A DNA stretch of 63,930 nt, the filler included, from Octopus bimaculoides (Eukaryota): NCBI RefSeq assembly GCF_001194135.2. It is 5 parts of 5 records of this genome, joined end to end, with 100 filler letters (N's around TTAATTAATTAA, not from the genome) between each part and the next. Parts side by side here need not be neighbours in the genome. Positions count along the whole stretch, not along the records: positions 36,083 to 49,219 come from NC_068988.1; positions 49,320 to 59,751 come from NC_069009.1; 3 more parts are not named here. One strand, 5' to 3'. The notes beneath the pieces are model-generated. The model ran no database searches, was not told the DNA's origin, and worked only from the letters and a program-made list of their open reading frames with translations. Below, one piece after another: positions 48,343 through 59,165 of the stretch. The translations under genes and the position numbers were made by a program. Positions within the stretch are counted from its first letter, which is position 1. Each line of letters opens with the position of its first letter.

Positions 48343-49211
48343 TACATGTGGAGGTACCCCAAAGTAACCAGAAAAGTTCTCTGTGGGACAAGCCTGTTGT
48401 AGGTCAGGCTTCCACTGCTATAAGCCACTTGATGCAACCCTCAGGCATCAATCTACTGACTGGCTGTGTCCAGTAGAGTCGTACTGTCACATGGTGTGTC
48501 TTTGTTTTGCAATTCTTCTTCCCTGTTCATCAATTTTGTGATGGCTGAAACAAAGGAACAGCATGCTTCCATGAAATTCTGTTTTCTGCTAGGAAACATG
48601 GCACGTAAAACAGTTGTCATGCTTCAAACAGCTTACAAGGACGCTGCCATGAGCAAAACACAAGTTTACAAGTGGTTTTTATGATTTAAAAAGGTCACTT
48701 GTTCTTGATGACCAATCTAATTCAAGGTGACTGTTGACCTCTTGAACAAATGAAAACATCACGCAAACTCATGAACTGATCTTGGAGGACCGTTGCTGAA
48801 CTATTGACAAATTTGTTGATGTGACTGATGTGTCCTGAAACTCCTGCCTCCAAATTTTGAGTGAGGAATAGCGAATGAAAAATTTGTGCTTTCCTTGCTC
48901 ATGGAAGATCAAAAGGAGTCACAACTGAATGTGTGTTGTGAACTGAAAGGGAAAGTTGATCCAAACCTTTTTTTCAAAGGTCATCACTGGTAATGAAAGC
49001 TGGTGCTGCAGAATTTGCAAATGTGAAAAGACGATGGAGGCATTAAAAGCATCACTCTGCAAGAGTTCCAGGACTGCTTCAAACAGTGTCTGGACCGATG
49101 CATTGCTTCAAATGGAGAATACTTTGAAGGCAATAAAAGTGTAAACATATAAAACTAAGTGAATAAAATTATATATTGCAAAATTCCAGTTCTTTAGGGT
49201 ACCCCCTTGTA
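48343..49211 (+). mobile_element. mariner transposon, internally deleted, both TIRs
   Basis: MAETKEQHASMKFCFLLG..MLQTAYKDAAMSKTQVYKWF, KVITGNESW, CIASNGEYFEG; TIRs GAGGTACCCCAAAGTAACCAGAA / TTCCAGTTCTTTAGGGTACCCC. Confidence 0.85.
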
Positions 49212-49428
49212 AATATATANNNNNNNNNNNNNNNNNNNNNNNNNNNNNNNNNNNNNNNNNNNNTTAATTAATTAANNNNNNNNNNNNNNNNNNNNNNNNN
49301 NNNNNNNNNNNNNNNNNNNTATCCGAGGTCAAATTATTCCTGCATCACAAGTATGGAAGTAAATAGTGAAGCCGTTTTCACGTGATAAGCGATTACCCCA
49401 AGATTTCGAGTTTGATTCCAGGCAGTGA

Positions 49429-49465
<37 letters not shown>

Positions 49466-49466
<1 letters not shown>

Positions 49467-50073
49467 TCAGCATTATAAAATCAAAACTGCTGACAAATGG
49501 TATAAACACCATCCTGAAGCTGTGACTGAGGGAGAAAATGTATCGATTCTCTGGGACTTCCCCGTACATACTGACAAGGCTATAAAATCTAATAAACCGG
49601 ATATTATTATAAACGATCAGACAAAGAAGACGTGTTTATTAATTGACATGAGTATTCCCTGTGATCATAATATGGTGGCGAAAGAATTTGTCAAGATCAG
49701 TAAATATAAAGACTTGCTAATAGAAATTGAAAAAATGTGGCACCTCAAGGCGACTACCATACCAGTGATTGTAGGATCTCTAGGAATGATAAAAAAAAGG
49801 TACTGAAATCTATTTGAAAATGATACCAGGCTTACCATCTCTACAGGAGGTGCAAAAATCGTGCTAACTGGAACGACTCATGTACTAAGAATAGCATTAT
49901 CGCTGTTGAAAACAACATCCATTCATGAATTTTTTTTTTTTTTTTTTTTTTTTNNNNNNNNNNCGTGTGTAAACTGGGAATGCATACGACGAGTTTCTCT
50001 GCTCTAGGTGTACGGAAAACACTCGGCGAGAAATGGAAGAAAATTTGAAGAAAGAAGAAAAAAAAACAAGAAC
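49466..50073 (+). mobile_element. 5'-truncated R4/Dong-like LINE (REL domain + 3'UTR) inside a (TAA)n tract
   Basis: ILWDFPVHTDKAIKSNKPDIIIND..CLLIDMSIPCD..KYKDLLIEIEKMWHLK..IPVIVGSLG; (TAA)n at 49433-49465 and 50074-50086. Confidence 0.9.
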
Positions 50074-50085
50074 ATAATAATAATA

Positions 50086-50260
50086 ACGTTGAAAAATACC
50101 TTAGGAATGAGAACCCAGGTTCGAAATATTCCCCAAGACACTTGATGTAAAGGCTGGAGGGTATATCAGCCGAAACATTGTGTTAGCAACAAACAAGAGG
50201 AGGACAAATATCTGTCAAATGCAAATAATGTACATAATACATCATTTCTAAAATATAGAA
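50086..50260 (+). mobile_element. Penelope-like terminal repeat remnant with degenerate minimal hammerhead motif
   Basis: GACAC-TTGATGTAA-A-GGCTG GAGGGTATAT CAGCC-GAAA-CATT-GTGTT at 50137-50184. Confidence 0.5.
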
Positions 50261-51354
50261 CTAAACAATGATGATTTTTCTCTTTTGGTTGATTTCATTA
50301 CCTCTCAGTATTCCCCCTCAGATCATGGGATTCCAATAATACAACAGCCATACAATACACAATACACACATCTCAAACTTCGGTTTGTTATCCCCAGTCC
50401 TGTAAAAAAAACTCTTTACCTTTTTATTTTCATTAATCCAAACATCCATTTTCTTTGTCCAATATTCCTGGGAGGGTCGCAGATGGATTCCCAAGTATGA
50501 ACAATGGAGGTTACTGATTCGATTGAAAACGTAAACTTTTATTGAGAACAGTAACGATTGAAGTGAAAGTGAGGTTGAAGCGAAATTTGTCACTCAGTGA
50601 ACCAAACAGCCAGTATCGAAGGTACCAGAAAAAAACCCTCAGCAACAGGGAAACACGAAACCGTATTTCTGTTAGTAAATGATGAAATTACTTACATCAG
50701 TAAATGTGAGTAAACTTTTAGTGCTAACAGTAACGATTGAAGTTAAAGTGAAGAAAAAAACTATGGCTACCGGAAGTTGACATTGAGGAACCTTTTTAAA
50801 GAAGTGAATCTTAAATATAAAGCANNNNNNNNNNNNNNNNNNNNNNNNNNNNNNNNNNNNNNNNNNNNNNNNNNNNNNNNNNNNNNNNNNNNNNNNNNNN
50901 NNNNNNNNNNNNNNNNNNNNNNNNNNNNNNNNNNNNNNNNNNNNNNNNNNNNNNNNNNNNNNNNNNNNNNNNNNNNNNNNNNNNNNNNNNNNNNNNNNNN
51001 NNNNNNNNNNNNNNNNNNNNNNNNNNNNNNNNNNNNNNNNNNNNNNNNNNNNNNNNNNNNNNNNNNNNNNNNNNNNNNNNNNNNNNNNNNNNNNNNNNNN
51101 NNNNNNNNNNNNNNNNNNNNNNNNNNNNNNNNNNNNNNNNNNNNNNNNNNNNNNNNNNNNNNNNNNNNNNNNNNNNNNNNNNNNNNNNNNNNNNNNNNNN
51201 NNNNNNNNNNNNNNNNNNNNNNNNNNNNNNNNNAAGGTGCTATGCAGCTATGCAGTGGGACTGAACCCATAAACTACATCCACACTTACCCACAGCCACA
51301 CATACATCAGAATCTTCTAGAATATTAACAGGCTTTAAAATGTAAGTATTGGTG

Positions 51355-51600
51355 TCAATTTATTTGACTACAACCCTTCAAGCCAGTGCCCAGCATGGGC
51401 CACAGTCCAATGACCGAAACAAGTCAAAGATAAAAGCCAAGAGATACCTATATATGAAGGCATGGCTGTGTGGTAAGAAGCTTGCTTCCCAACCACATGG
51501 GTCTGAGTTCAAATCCCACTGTGTAGAACCTTGGGCAAGTGCCTTCTACTATTGCTCTATATGACCAAAGTCTTATGTGTGGAAACTGAAAGAAACCCTT
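51355..51600 (+). mobile_element. SINE family C: tail of one copy followed by head of another
   Basis: CCAGCATGGGCCACAGTCCAATGACCGAAACAAG then GCATGGCTGTGTGGTAAGAAGCTTGCTTCCC. Confidence 0.75.
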
Positions 51601-51614
51601 TGTATGTATGTATG

Positions 51615-51645
<31 letters not shown>

Positions 51646-52129
51646 ATACATACACATAAATAATAAATAATATATATATGTATGTATATTTATATATATA
51701 TATATATATATACATATATGCGTACAGGATGTCACCAACAGTGCAAACATCATGAAATACATAAACAAATGTCAGTTGTCTATCTACTTCTCATTTCGAA
51801 CATTCAATGACAATATGAGTCATCAAAGACAGTTGCTCCCATAAATTCTAAAATGAAATTTAGGATTTATGGAGGGTCAAAGTTGGGAACAAAAACAGGA
51901 CAGTGGAGACATACAAGGAAACTGAGCGAAAACAATTACGGACGGTTGTTAGACCAAAATGAGAAGAAAAGAGTGAATGCAGGGAGAAACATTTTTTTGA
52001 AAAGAGAAAAGATACAGGAGAGAGACAAAAACACATCCATATATATATATATATACATACACACACATATACATACATGTGGTGTGTGTGTTTGTATATT
52101 TATGTATGTTTCTCTGTGTCTGTGTTTGT

Positions 52130-52690
52130 CCTGCCAAACGTCGCTTGACAACTGATGCTGGTGTCTTTACGTCCCCGTAACTTAGTGGTTCAGTAAAAGA
52201 GACTGATACAATAAGTACTAGGCTTACAAAGAGTAAGTCCTGCGGTTTAGATGTTTAAGCGTGGCAATATTCTAGAAGATTCTGGTATAGGCATAGCTGT
52301 GGGGTAAGAAGTTTGCTTCTCACCCATGTAGTTATGGGTTTAGTCCCACTGCGTGGTACCTTGGTCATGTGTCTTCTACTACAGCCTTGATCCGACCAAA
52401 GCCTTGTGATTGGATTTGATTCATGGAAACTAAAAGAAGCCTGTCATATATATACATATATAACCTGTGTGTGTTTGTGTTTATGTTTGTCCACCACATC
52501 TTGATGACCAGTGTTGGTTTATTTACGTCCATGTAGCTTAGCAGCTCAGTAAAAAATGATGAATAGAATAAATATTAGTTTTTAAATAATAATGCACTAA
52601 AAAAAAGTCCTGGGGTTAATGTGTTCAGCTAAGCCCTTTAATGTAATGCCCCAGCATGGCCGCAGTCAGTGAAACAAGTAAAAGATAAGA
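52130..52690 (+). mobile_element. SINE family C: 3' module (52130-52250) and near full copy (52285-52690)
   Basis: Matches 9222-9620. Confidence 0.8.
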
Positions 52691-52969
52691 CACCAACTAT
52701 CGTCATTCCGTTTCTAACCATTAAGCATCCATTTACCCCAAATTCTCCTTGGCATCTCTTTGTTAAGTGTCTTGCTTCCTCGTAACCATAGTAACCAAAG
52801 TCTTCACACAATAAGAAACATTTATCCAACAAAAGACAATGTTATTCTTCGTATGTCCTTCTACTTACACAAACTTACATGTTTTCATTGTCCAACATTA
52901 AGCAACATACGTCATTAACTTACACTAGATTTCTCATTATATATATATATATATATATATATACTGTAT

Positions 52970-53125
52970 CATCATCATCATCATTTAACGTCCACCTTCC
53001 ATGCTAGCATGGGTTGGACGATTTGACTGAGGACTTGTGAAACCATATGGCTACACCAGGCTCCAATCTGATTTGGCAGAGTTTCTACAGCTGGATGCCC
53101 TTCCTAACACCGACCACTCCGAGAG
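52970..53125 (-). mobile_element. Family R 3' end
   Basis: (CAT)n-TTAACGTCCACCTTCCATGCTAGCATGGGTTGGACG..GCTGGATGCCCTTCCTAAC. Confidence 0.85.
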
Positions 53126-53127
53126 TG

Positions 53128-53300
53128 TATATATTCTTTTAATTGCTTCAATCATTTGACTGAGGCCATGCTAGAGCAACACCTTTAGTCGAACAAATCG
53201 ACCCCAGGGCTTATTCTTTGTAAGCCTAGTACTTATTCTATCGGTCTCTTTTGCCAAACAGCTACGTTACAGGGATGATGGTGGGGTGACAAACACAAAC
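53128..53300 (-). mobile_element. SINE family C 3' module
   Basis: CATTTGACTGAGGCCATGCTAGAGC..CCTTTAGTCGAACAAATCGACCCCAGG..TACTTATTCTATCGG. Confidence 0.8.
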
Positions 53301-53310
53301 ACGCAAGCAT

Positions 53311-53357
<47 letters not shown>

Positions 53358-53361
<4 letters not shown>

Positions 53362-53570
53362 AGAATTTCCGAAAAAAACAACAGACGAAGACAGGTGGTG
53401 TAAACAACAAATGGATGTATTAGTTTAATGCTCGGAAATTGAGAAAGTCTTTGATGTTTCGAGCCTACGCTCTTCTACAGAAAGGAACACAGAAAGAAAT
53501 AAGGAGAGAAACAAGGAGAGAAAAAATATAAATGTAGTGGTCAGCGATCTATCATGGCGAATGCCGGACT
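53358..53570 (-). mobile_element. Penelope-like terminal repeat remnant with minimal hammerhead-like motif
   Basis: Minus 53484-53449: CTTT-CTGTAGA-A-GAGC GTAG GCTC-GAAA-CA-TC-AAAG. Confidence 0.45.
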
Positions 53571-53604
53571 ATATATATATGTACAGCATATATATTTCTA
53601 TGTA

Positions 53605-53639
<35 letters not shown>

Positions 53640-53641
<2 letters not shown>

Positions 53642-53850
53642 ATATCAGTGTTTGTCCCCCCCGCCCCATTGCTTGACAACCGATGTTGGTGTGTTTATGT
53701 CCCTGTAACTTAATGGTTCGGCAAAAGAGACCGATAGAATAAGTACTAGGCTTACAAAGAATAAGTCCTGAAGTTGATTTGTTCGACTAAAGGCGGTGCT
53801 CCAGCATGGCTGCAGGCACACGACTGAAACAAATAAAAGAATAAAAGAAA
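53640..53850 (+). mobile_element. SINE family C 3' module
   Basis: GCTTGACAACCGATGTTGGTG..GACCGATAGAATAAGTACTAGGCTTACAAAG..AAAAGAATAAAAG. Confidence 0.85.
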
Positions 53851-53859
53851 GTCGTTTTA

Positions 53860-54440
53860 CTAAATTTTATAATTTCAATTTAGTTGAAAGAAAGGCAATG
53901 TCTTTCAGAAGAAATATGGTAACTAAAGGTTTAAAGTGATCTAAATTAAAACCTTCCATCAAATTTCATACCAATTTATGTTCCAAACACCAATTTAATA
54001 ATGTCAAAGTTAGTTTCCTAAATTCTTCAATATTTTCTAAATTACTTGAAACAAATGAAGTGTATTTCGACAGAAATATGGTAACTAAAGGGTTAAAGTG
54101 ATCTAAATTAAAACCTTCCATCAAATTTCATACTAATTTATGTTCCAAACACCAATTTGGTAATGACAAAGTTAGTTTCCTAAATTCTTCAATATTTTCT
54201 AAATTACTTGAAACAAATGCAGTGTATTTCGACAGAAATATGGTAACTAAAGGGTTAAAGTGATCTAAATTAAAATNNNNNNNNNNNNNNNNNNNNNNNA
54301 CAAAGTTAGTTTCCTAAATTCTTCAATATTTTCTAAATTACTTGAAACAAATGCAGTGTATTTCGACAGAAATATGGTAACTAAAGGGTTAAAGTGATCT
54401 AAATTAAAATCTTCCATTAAAATTTCATGTTGATTTATGT
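53860..54440. repeat. 162-bp tandem repeat, at least 3 copies, interrupted by a gap
   Basis: GAAATATGGTAACTAAAGG at 53911, 54073 and 54235 (period 162), again at 54369 after the gap. Confidence 0.9.
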
Positions 54441-54444
54441 TCCA

Positions 54445-54745
54445 AGCATAGTCTACCTAGGATTACTATACATTAGATAATGTAGTCCTAGGTACACAAT
54501 ATTTGAATAAAATATGGGAAGATCACAGCTGGAGCATTTTTGATCGTAGGTCTGCTGGTTCAGGACCTGGGGCTAAATGACAACAAATAAAGCTGCTAAT
54601 ACTAAGTACCATACTATACATTAGACAATGTAGTCCTAGATACACTGTGTCTGGATAAAAGATGGGATGGTCACAGTTGGAGCATCTTTGATCATAGGTC
54701 TGCAGGATCAGAACTGACCCGGGGCTAAACGACAACAACAACACG
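54445..54745 (+). repeat. Two diverged ~150-bp direct copies ending GGGGCTAAA(C/T)GACAAC
   Basis: ACTATACATTAGAxAATGTAGTCCTAGxTACAC at about 54465 and 54613. Confidence 0.75.
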
Positions 54746-54779
54746 AATACTCCCACAATACTATCACAACATGATTTCA

Positions 54780-55531
54780 ATATTATACCCCCCCACTTAC
54801 ATGGTACTACCACCTCTTTTTCTCTTTTCCACCACACTGCTTGCATACTAGCACCCGAACATTATGACACCATCACAATAATAACAGCATTGCACTAGCT
54901 ACACTACGCTACCTCCTTCACTACAGCTTTACCAATACACACACCATCACTACACCACTATGACTACCATCACCACCAACACTATTATCAGCACCATCAG
55001 TGCAACCACCACCACTACTACCATCACACTAATGCCACTGTATTTACCCCCACTGCCCACACCACAACCACTTCTACCAATACTACCACCATCACAAGTA
55101 CCATCACCAAAAGCATGACCACCACAACCACCATCATTACCATAACAATCACTACCACCACCACCACCACCACTAGCACAACACTACCACACTTCTGTGT
55201 CTTTACTACCACTACTACCACCAGCACCATCACTGCTTCCACCACCACCACACTAACACCATTGCTATTATTTCTATTGACAAACACCACCACCACCATT
55301 GTCACCACTGCCACCACCACCACCATCGCCACCACCATCACCACCGCCACCATTGTTACCACTGCCACCACTACCACAACCAAACCTCCTCCCTCCACTT
55401 CCTCCATCTGTGTCCATTTATAAATATTCAACAATAAGCATTCACAGAAATTATTCTTAAATCATTATTTATTCACATTTCCTGCTAAGATGAGATAAGC
55501 CACCATCATCATCATCACCTTAGAAACTACC

Positions 55532-55565
<34 letters not shown>

Positions 55566-55660
55566 TCATCAACCCCATCACCACCACCACCATAATCATC
55601 ATCACATATTCCTCCACATCATCATCACCTCTGTTGCCCACATCATGATCATCATGTTTA
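54780..55660. repeat. (CAC)/(CAT) low-complexity tract
   Basis: Direct. Confidence 0.85.
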
Positions 55661-55729
55661 CCATCATAAAAATATAACCACATACATGTATACATACATG
55701 CATACATACATACATACACACACACATTT

Positions 55730-56085
55730 TGCTGATGTGGATATCTCATTGAAAATCAAAGAGACAGAAGATGACTATGAACAGCTGTTTCGAAACCTCC
55801 AGCTTCGATATGCAGATTACAAATTTATATTTGTACCAATAATAATTGGAGCACTTGGCTTTTGGTAAATACTTAAGTGTCAGTCTGGATAAACCTGGAC
55901 TTTCAGAAAAGGAAATCAACCAACTGATTTGCATAAAACAAAAACAATCTGTAAGAAGAAGAGTGAAAATATGCAAGACTTTTCTCAAGTTTAGAATTTG
56001 TATTTGCTTCTGTTATCTACATTCCAGCGATGGGGCTTTGTATCGTTGTTAGAAATCAGCGCTTTCTTTGAAGGAAGAATTTTAA
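55730..56085 (+). mobile_element. REL LINE C-terminus + 3'UTR, 5'-truncated after (CATA)n
   Basis: KETEDDYEQLFRNLQLRYADYKFIFVPIIIGALG..KICKTFLKF. Confidence 0.75.
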
Positions 56086-56570
56086 TACAATTGCAGCATG
56101 GAAGGTGTTTATAAGCCATTTAAGAAACACACAAAAACGGTTAGATTCACGTCAACATTTAAATTTAATTTGCCAAAAAATATATTTATTGCTTTGAGAC
56201 TGCAACCTGTTGACTGACAAAATATTGGGGTACTGGGATATTTAATTCATACCTTAGAAAGCAGAAAGCTGATTTGAAGACTACAGATCCAAGCCATCAC
56301 CGGATCAGTAAAAATTTGTAAAACTTTCCAGAAGTTTATCATTTAAGTATATATAAGCATATCTAAATGCAGCACAGAATTTTGTCTGTGAACAGGTCGC
56401 GGTCGCAAAGCGACGAAAATGTTTTGGCAAATTAAATTTAGATGTTGAAGTGAATCTAACGGTTTTTGTGTGTTTCTTAAATGGCTTATAAACACCTTCC
56501 ACGCTGCAATTGTTTTCGTTCCAGCACACAATCTCAGATCAGGTCACTTGCTATGCAAGTACATCTCCGT
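56086..56570. mobile_element. Inverted pair of ~135-bp Penelope pLTR-like repeats enclosing a REL LINE scrap (56223-56372)
   Basis: 56086-56222 mirrors 56379-56517; the spacer encodes RLQIQAITGSVKICKTFQKFII*. Confidence 0.7.
56381..56431 (+). ncRNA. Minimal hammerhead-like motif with G3/C8 core variant
   Basis: TTTGTCT-GTGAACA-G-GTCGC GGTCGCAAA GCGAC-GAAA-ATGT-TT-TGGCAAA. Confidence 0.4.
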
Positions 56571-56989
56571 AAGAATTTGAATAATTAAAGATAAAAAAAG
56601 AACATACACACATGCTCCAGTACCCAAGATACACTTAGAACTTCATACCTCTTATCATTGGAGCAACAAAACACAAACCAACCTGTCTGGAGCAAAGAAA
56701 GGCTGAAGCTGGAATCTTAATTCATACTTTACAAATTCTTATGATATCTGGGACAATAAAAATCTGCAAGACTATCTTAAGATTTAACCCATTCAAACCA
56801 GCCATATCTGGTGAAAATATTTAACCTGTTTTGTGAGATCACAGCCATGGCCAATGCCAGTGTTGCCTGACGACCTATTTAAGAGTATCCTTGGTGTGTC
56901 GTGCGATAAGATATACTTGAGAAAACCTGCTGAGTCAAGTAAAACCAAAATTGTAGCTGTGGCCAGTGCTCCCTGACTAGCTCCCATTC

Positions 56990-57305
56990 TGGTGGCACAT
57001 AAAATGCATCATCTGAACGTGGTCAATGCCAGTGTCCCCTGAAAGTCTCCCATGCCAGTGGCACGTAAAAAGCACTGTCCAATGTGATCGATGCCAGGTC
57101 CACCTGACTGGTTCTTGTGCTGGTGGCATGTAAAAAGCACCCACTACACTCTCAGAGTGGTTGGCGTTAGGAAGGGCATCCAGCTGTAGAAACATTGGCA
57201 GATCAGACTGGAGCCTGGCACAGCTGCTACTTCTCCAGGCCTCAGTCATACCATCCAACCTATGCCAGCATGGAAAATGGACGTTAAACGATGACAATGA
57301 TGATA
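56990..57305 (+). mobile_element. Family R element
   Basis: GGCATGTAAAAAGCACCCACTACACTCTCAGAGTGGTTGGCGTTAGGAAGGGCATCCAGCTGTAGAAAC..GGACGTTAAACGATGAC. Confidence 0.85.
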
Positions 57306-57369
57306 TTGAAACTAACCAGATCTGGCCTCTCAACTCAACCCTAATATGTCATCCTAAAACTAAACAATT

Positions 57370-57458
57370 GATGTTATTGAAATTCCAATGAAGGAGCCTT
57401 CGATCTTGGTTAGACACTGGCTCTTTCTCTCTTGTTAAGAAATCTTGAAATACATACA
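57370..57458 (+). mobile_element. REL LINE 3'UTR tip ending in TACATACA
   Basis: TTGAAATTCCAATGAAGGAGCCTTCGATCTTGGTTAG..AAGAAATCTTGAAATACATACA, homologous to 23290-23385. Confidence 0.7.
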
Positions 57459-58090
57459 GAAATCACTTTGTTCAATGTATTAAATTTTACTCCGAAGATG
57501 GCCAGCAGCACAATCAAAACAAAATATTCAGCAAACATTCCTATTAGTTTTTACTCCCAGTGTATAGTAACTATACAGAAGTGTTTATATAATTAATAAA
57601 TATTTTTTCTCCAGAAATATTATACATTTGTCACTAATGCAACAAAAAAGAAATCTCTCATGTTTTTTTTTCCTGCAAAGTGTTACGTCTCTGCATCAAC
57701 ATCATTAATCTTAGCATGTGGTCTCTGAAACATACCTTCCCTTAACACAAGGAAACTGACAAGCTGTCTTAGGCAATCTGATTGGCTTACCATCGATGTT
57801 GTTCAAACTGTCTCCATTTGTGTATTTAACAAACAAGATATATGTGCAGGGACACAGACACACACACACACATAAACACACACAAACACACACAAACACA
57901 CACACATATAAACACACACACATATCAACTACACACACACATATCAACTACACACACGCATATATAAACACACACACACATAAACTACACACACACACAC
58001 AAAACTACACACACGCATATATAAACACACACACACATATATAAACACACACATATATAATGTATATAAAGAGGTACATGTATATAATTT

Positions 58091-58139
<49 letters not shown>

Positions 58140-58249
58140 NNNNNNNNNNNNNNNNNNNNNNNNNNNNNNNNNNNNNNNNNNNNNNNNNNNNNNNNNNNNN
58201 NNNNNNNNNNNNNNNNNNNNNNNNNNNNNNNNNNNNNNNNNNNNNCATG

Positions 58250-58715
58250 ATGGAGCACCACCTTTAGTCGATTTATTCTTTGTAAGCCTAGTACTTACTC
58301 TATCAGTCTCTTTTGCCGAGCCGCTAGGTTACGGAGATGTGAACACATCAACATCAATTGTCAAGCGATGGTGGGGGGGACTCCAACATCGGTTATCAAG
58401 CGATGATGTGTGGGACAAACAAAAAGACAAGAACACACACACACACACGCATATACATATACTATGGGCTTCTTTCAGTTTCTGTCTACCAAATCCACTC
58501 ACAAGGCTTTGGTCGGCCCGAGGCTATAGTAGAAGATACTAAAATCCATTGGGCTTCTTTCAGTTTCTGTCTACCAAATTCACTCACTAGGCTTTGATTG
58601 ACCTGAGGCTACAGTAGAAGACACTTGCACAAGGTGCCGTGCAGTGGGACTGAACACAGAAAAATGTAGTTGGAAAGCAAGCTTCTTACCACACAGCCAC
58701 ACCTGCACCTAGAGT
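58250..58715 (-). mobile_element. SINE family C with duplicated CORE-like segment
   Basis: GGGCTTCTTTCAGTTTCTGTCTACCAAA occurs at 58466 and 58551. Confidence 0.85.
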
Positions 58716-58827
58716 ATATATAAATTGGTGCAATATATTGTATATAAAAACAGAAGAGAACAAATATGTCTTGTGCATGGCACTTACCATGCATGGTACT
58801 TTGTGGTGATTAAAATCTAAAAGCATA

Positions 58828-59165
58828 TCATCATCATTATCATCATCATCGTTTAACGTCCGCTTTCCATGCTAGCATGGGTTGGATGATTTAATGAGGA
58901 CTGGTGAGCCAGAAGGCTGCACCAGGCACCAATCTGATTTGGCAGAGTTTCTATAGCTGGATGCCCTTCCTAACACCAACCACTCCGAGAGTGTAGTGGG
59001 TGCTTTTACATGCCACTGCCACAAGGGCCAGTCAGGCAGTACTGGCAATGGCCACGCTCAAAATGGTGTTTTTTATGTATCACCTGCACAGGAGCCAGTC
59101 CAGTGGCACTGGCAACGACCTCGCTCGAATGTCTTTTCATGTCCCACCGGCACAAGTCCCAGTAA
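58828..59165 (-). mobile_element. Family R element
   Basis: (CAT)n-GTTTAACGTCCGCTTTCCATGCTAGCATGGG..GGATGCCCTTCCTAACACCAACCACTCCGAGAGTG. Confidence 0.85.

Noticed and set aside
53860-54440. CRISPR-like array
   Set aside because: Whole 162-bp units repeat with no unique spacers, in a eukaryotic context without cas genes.
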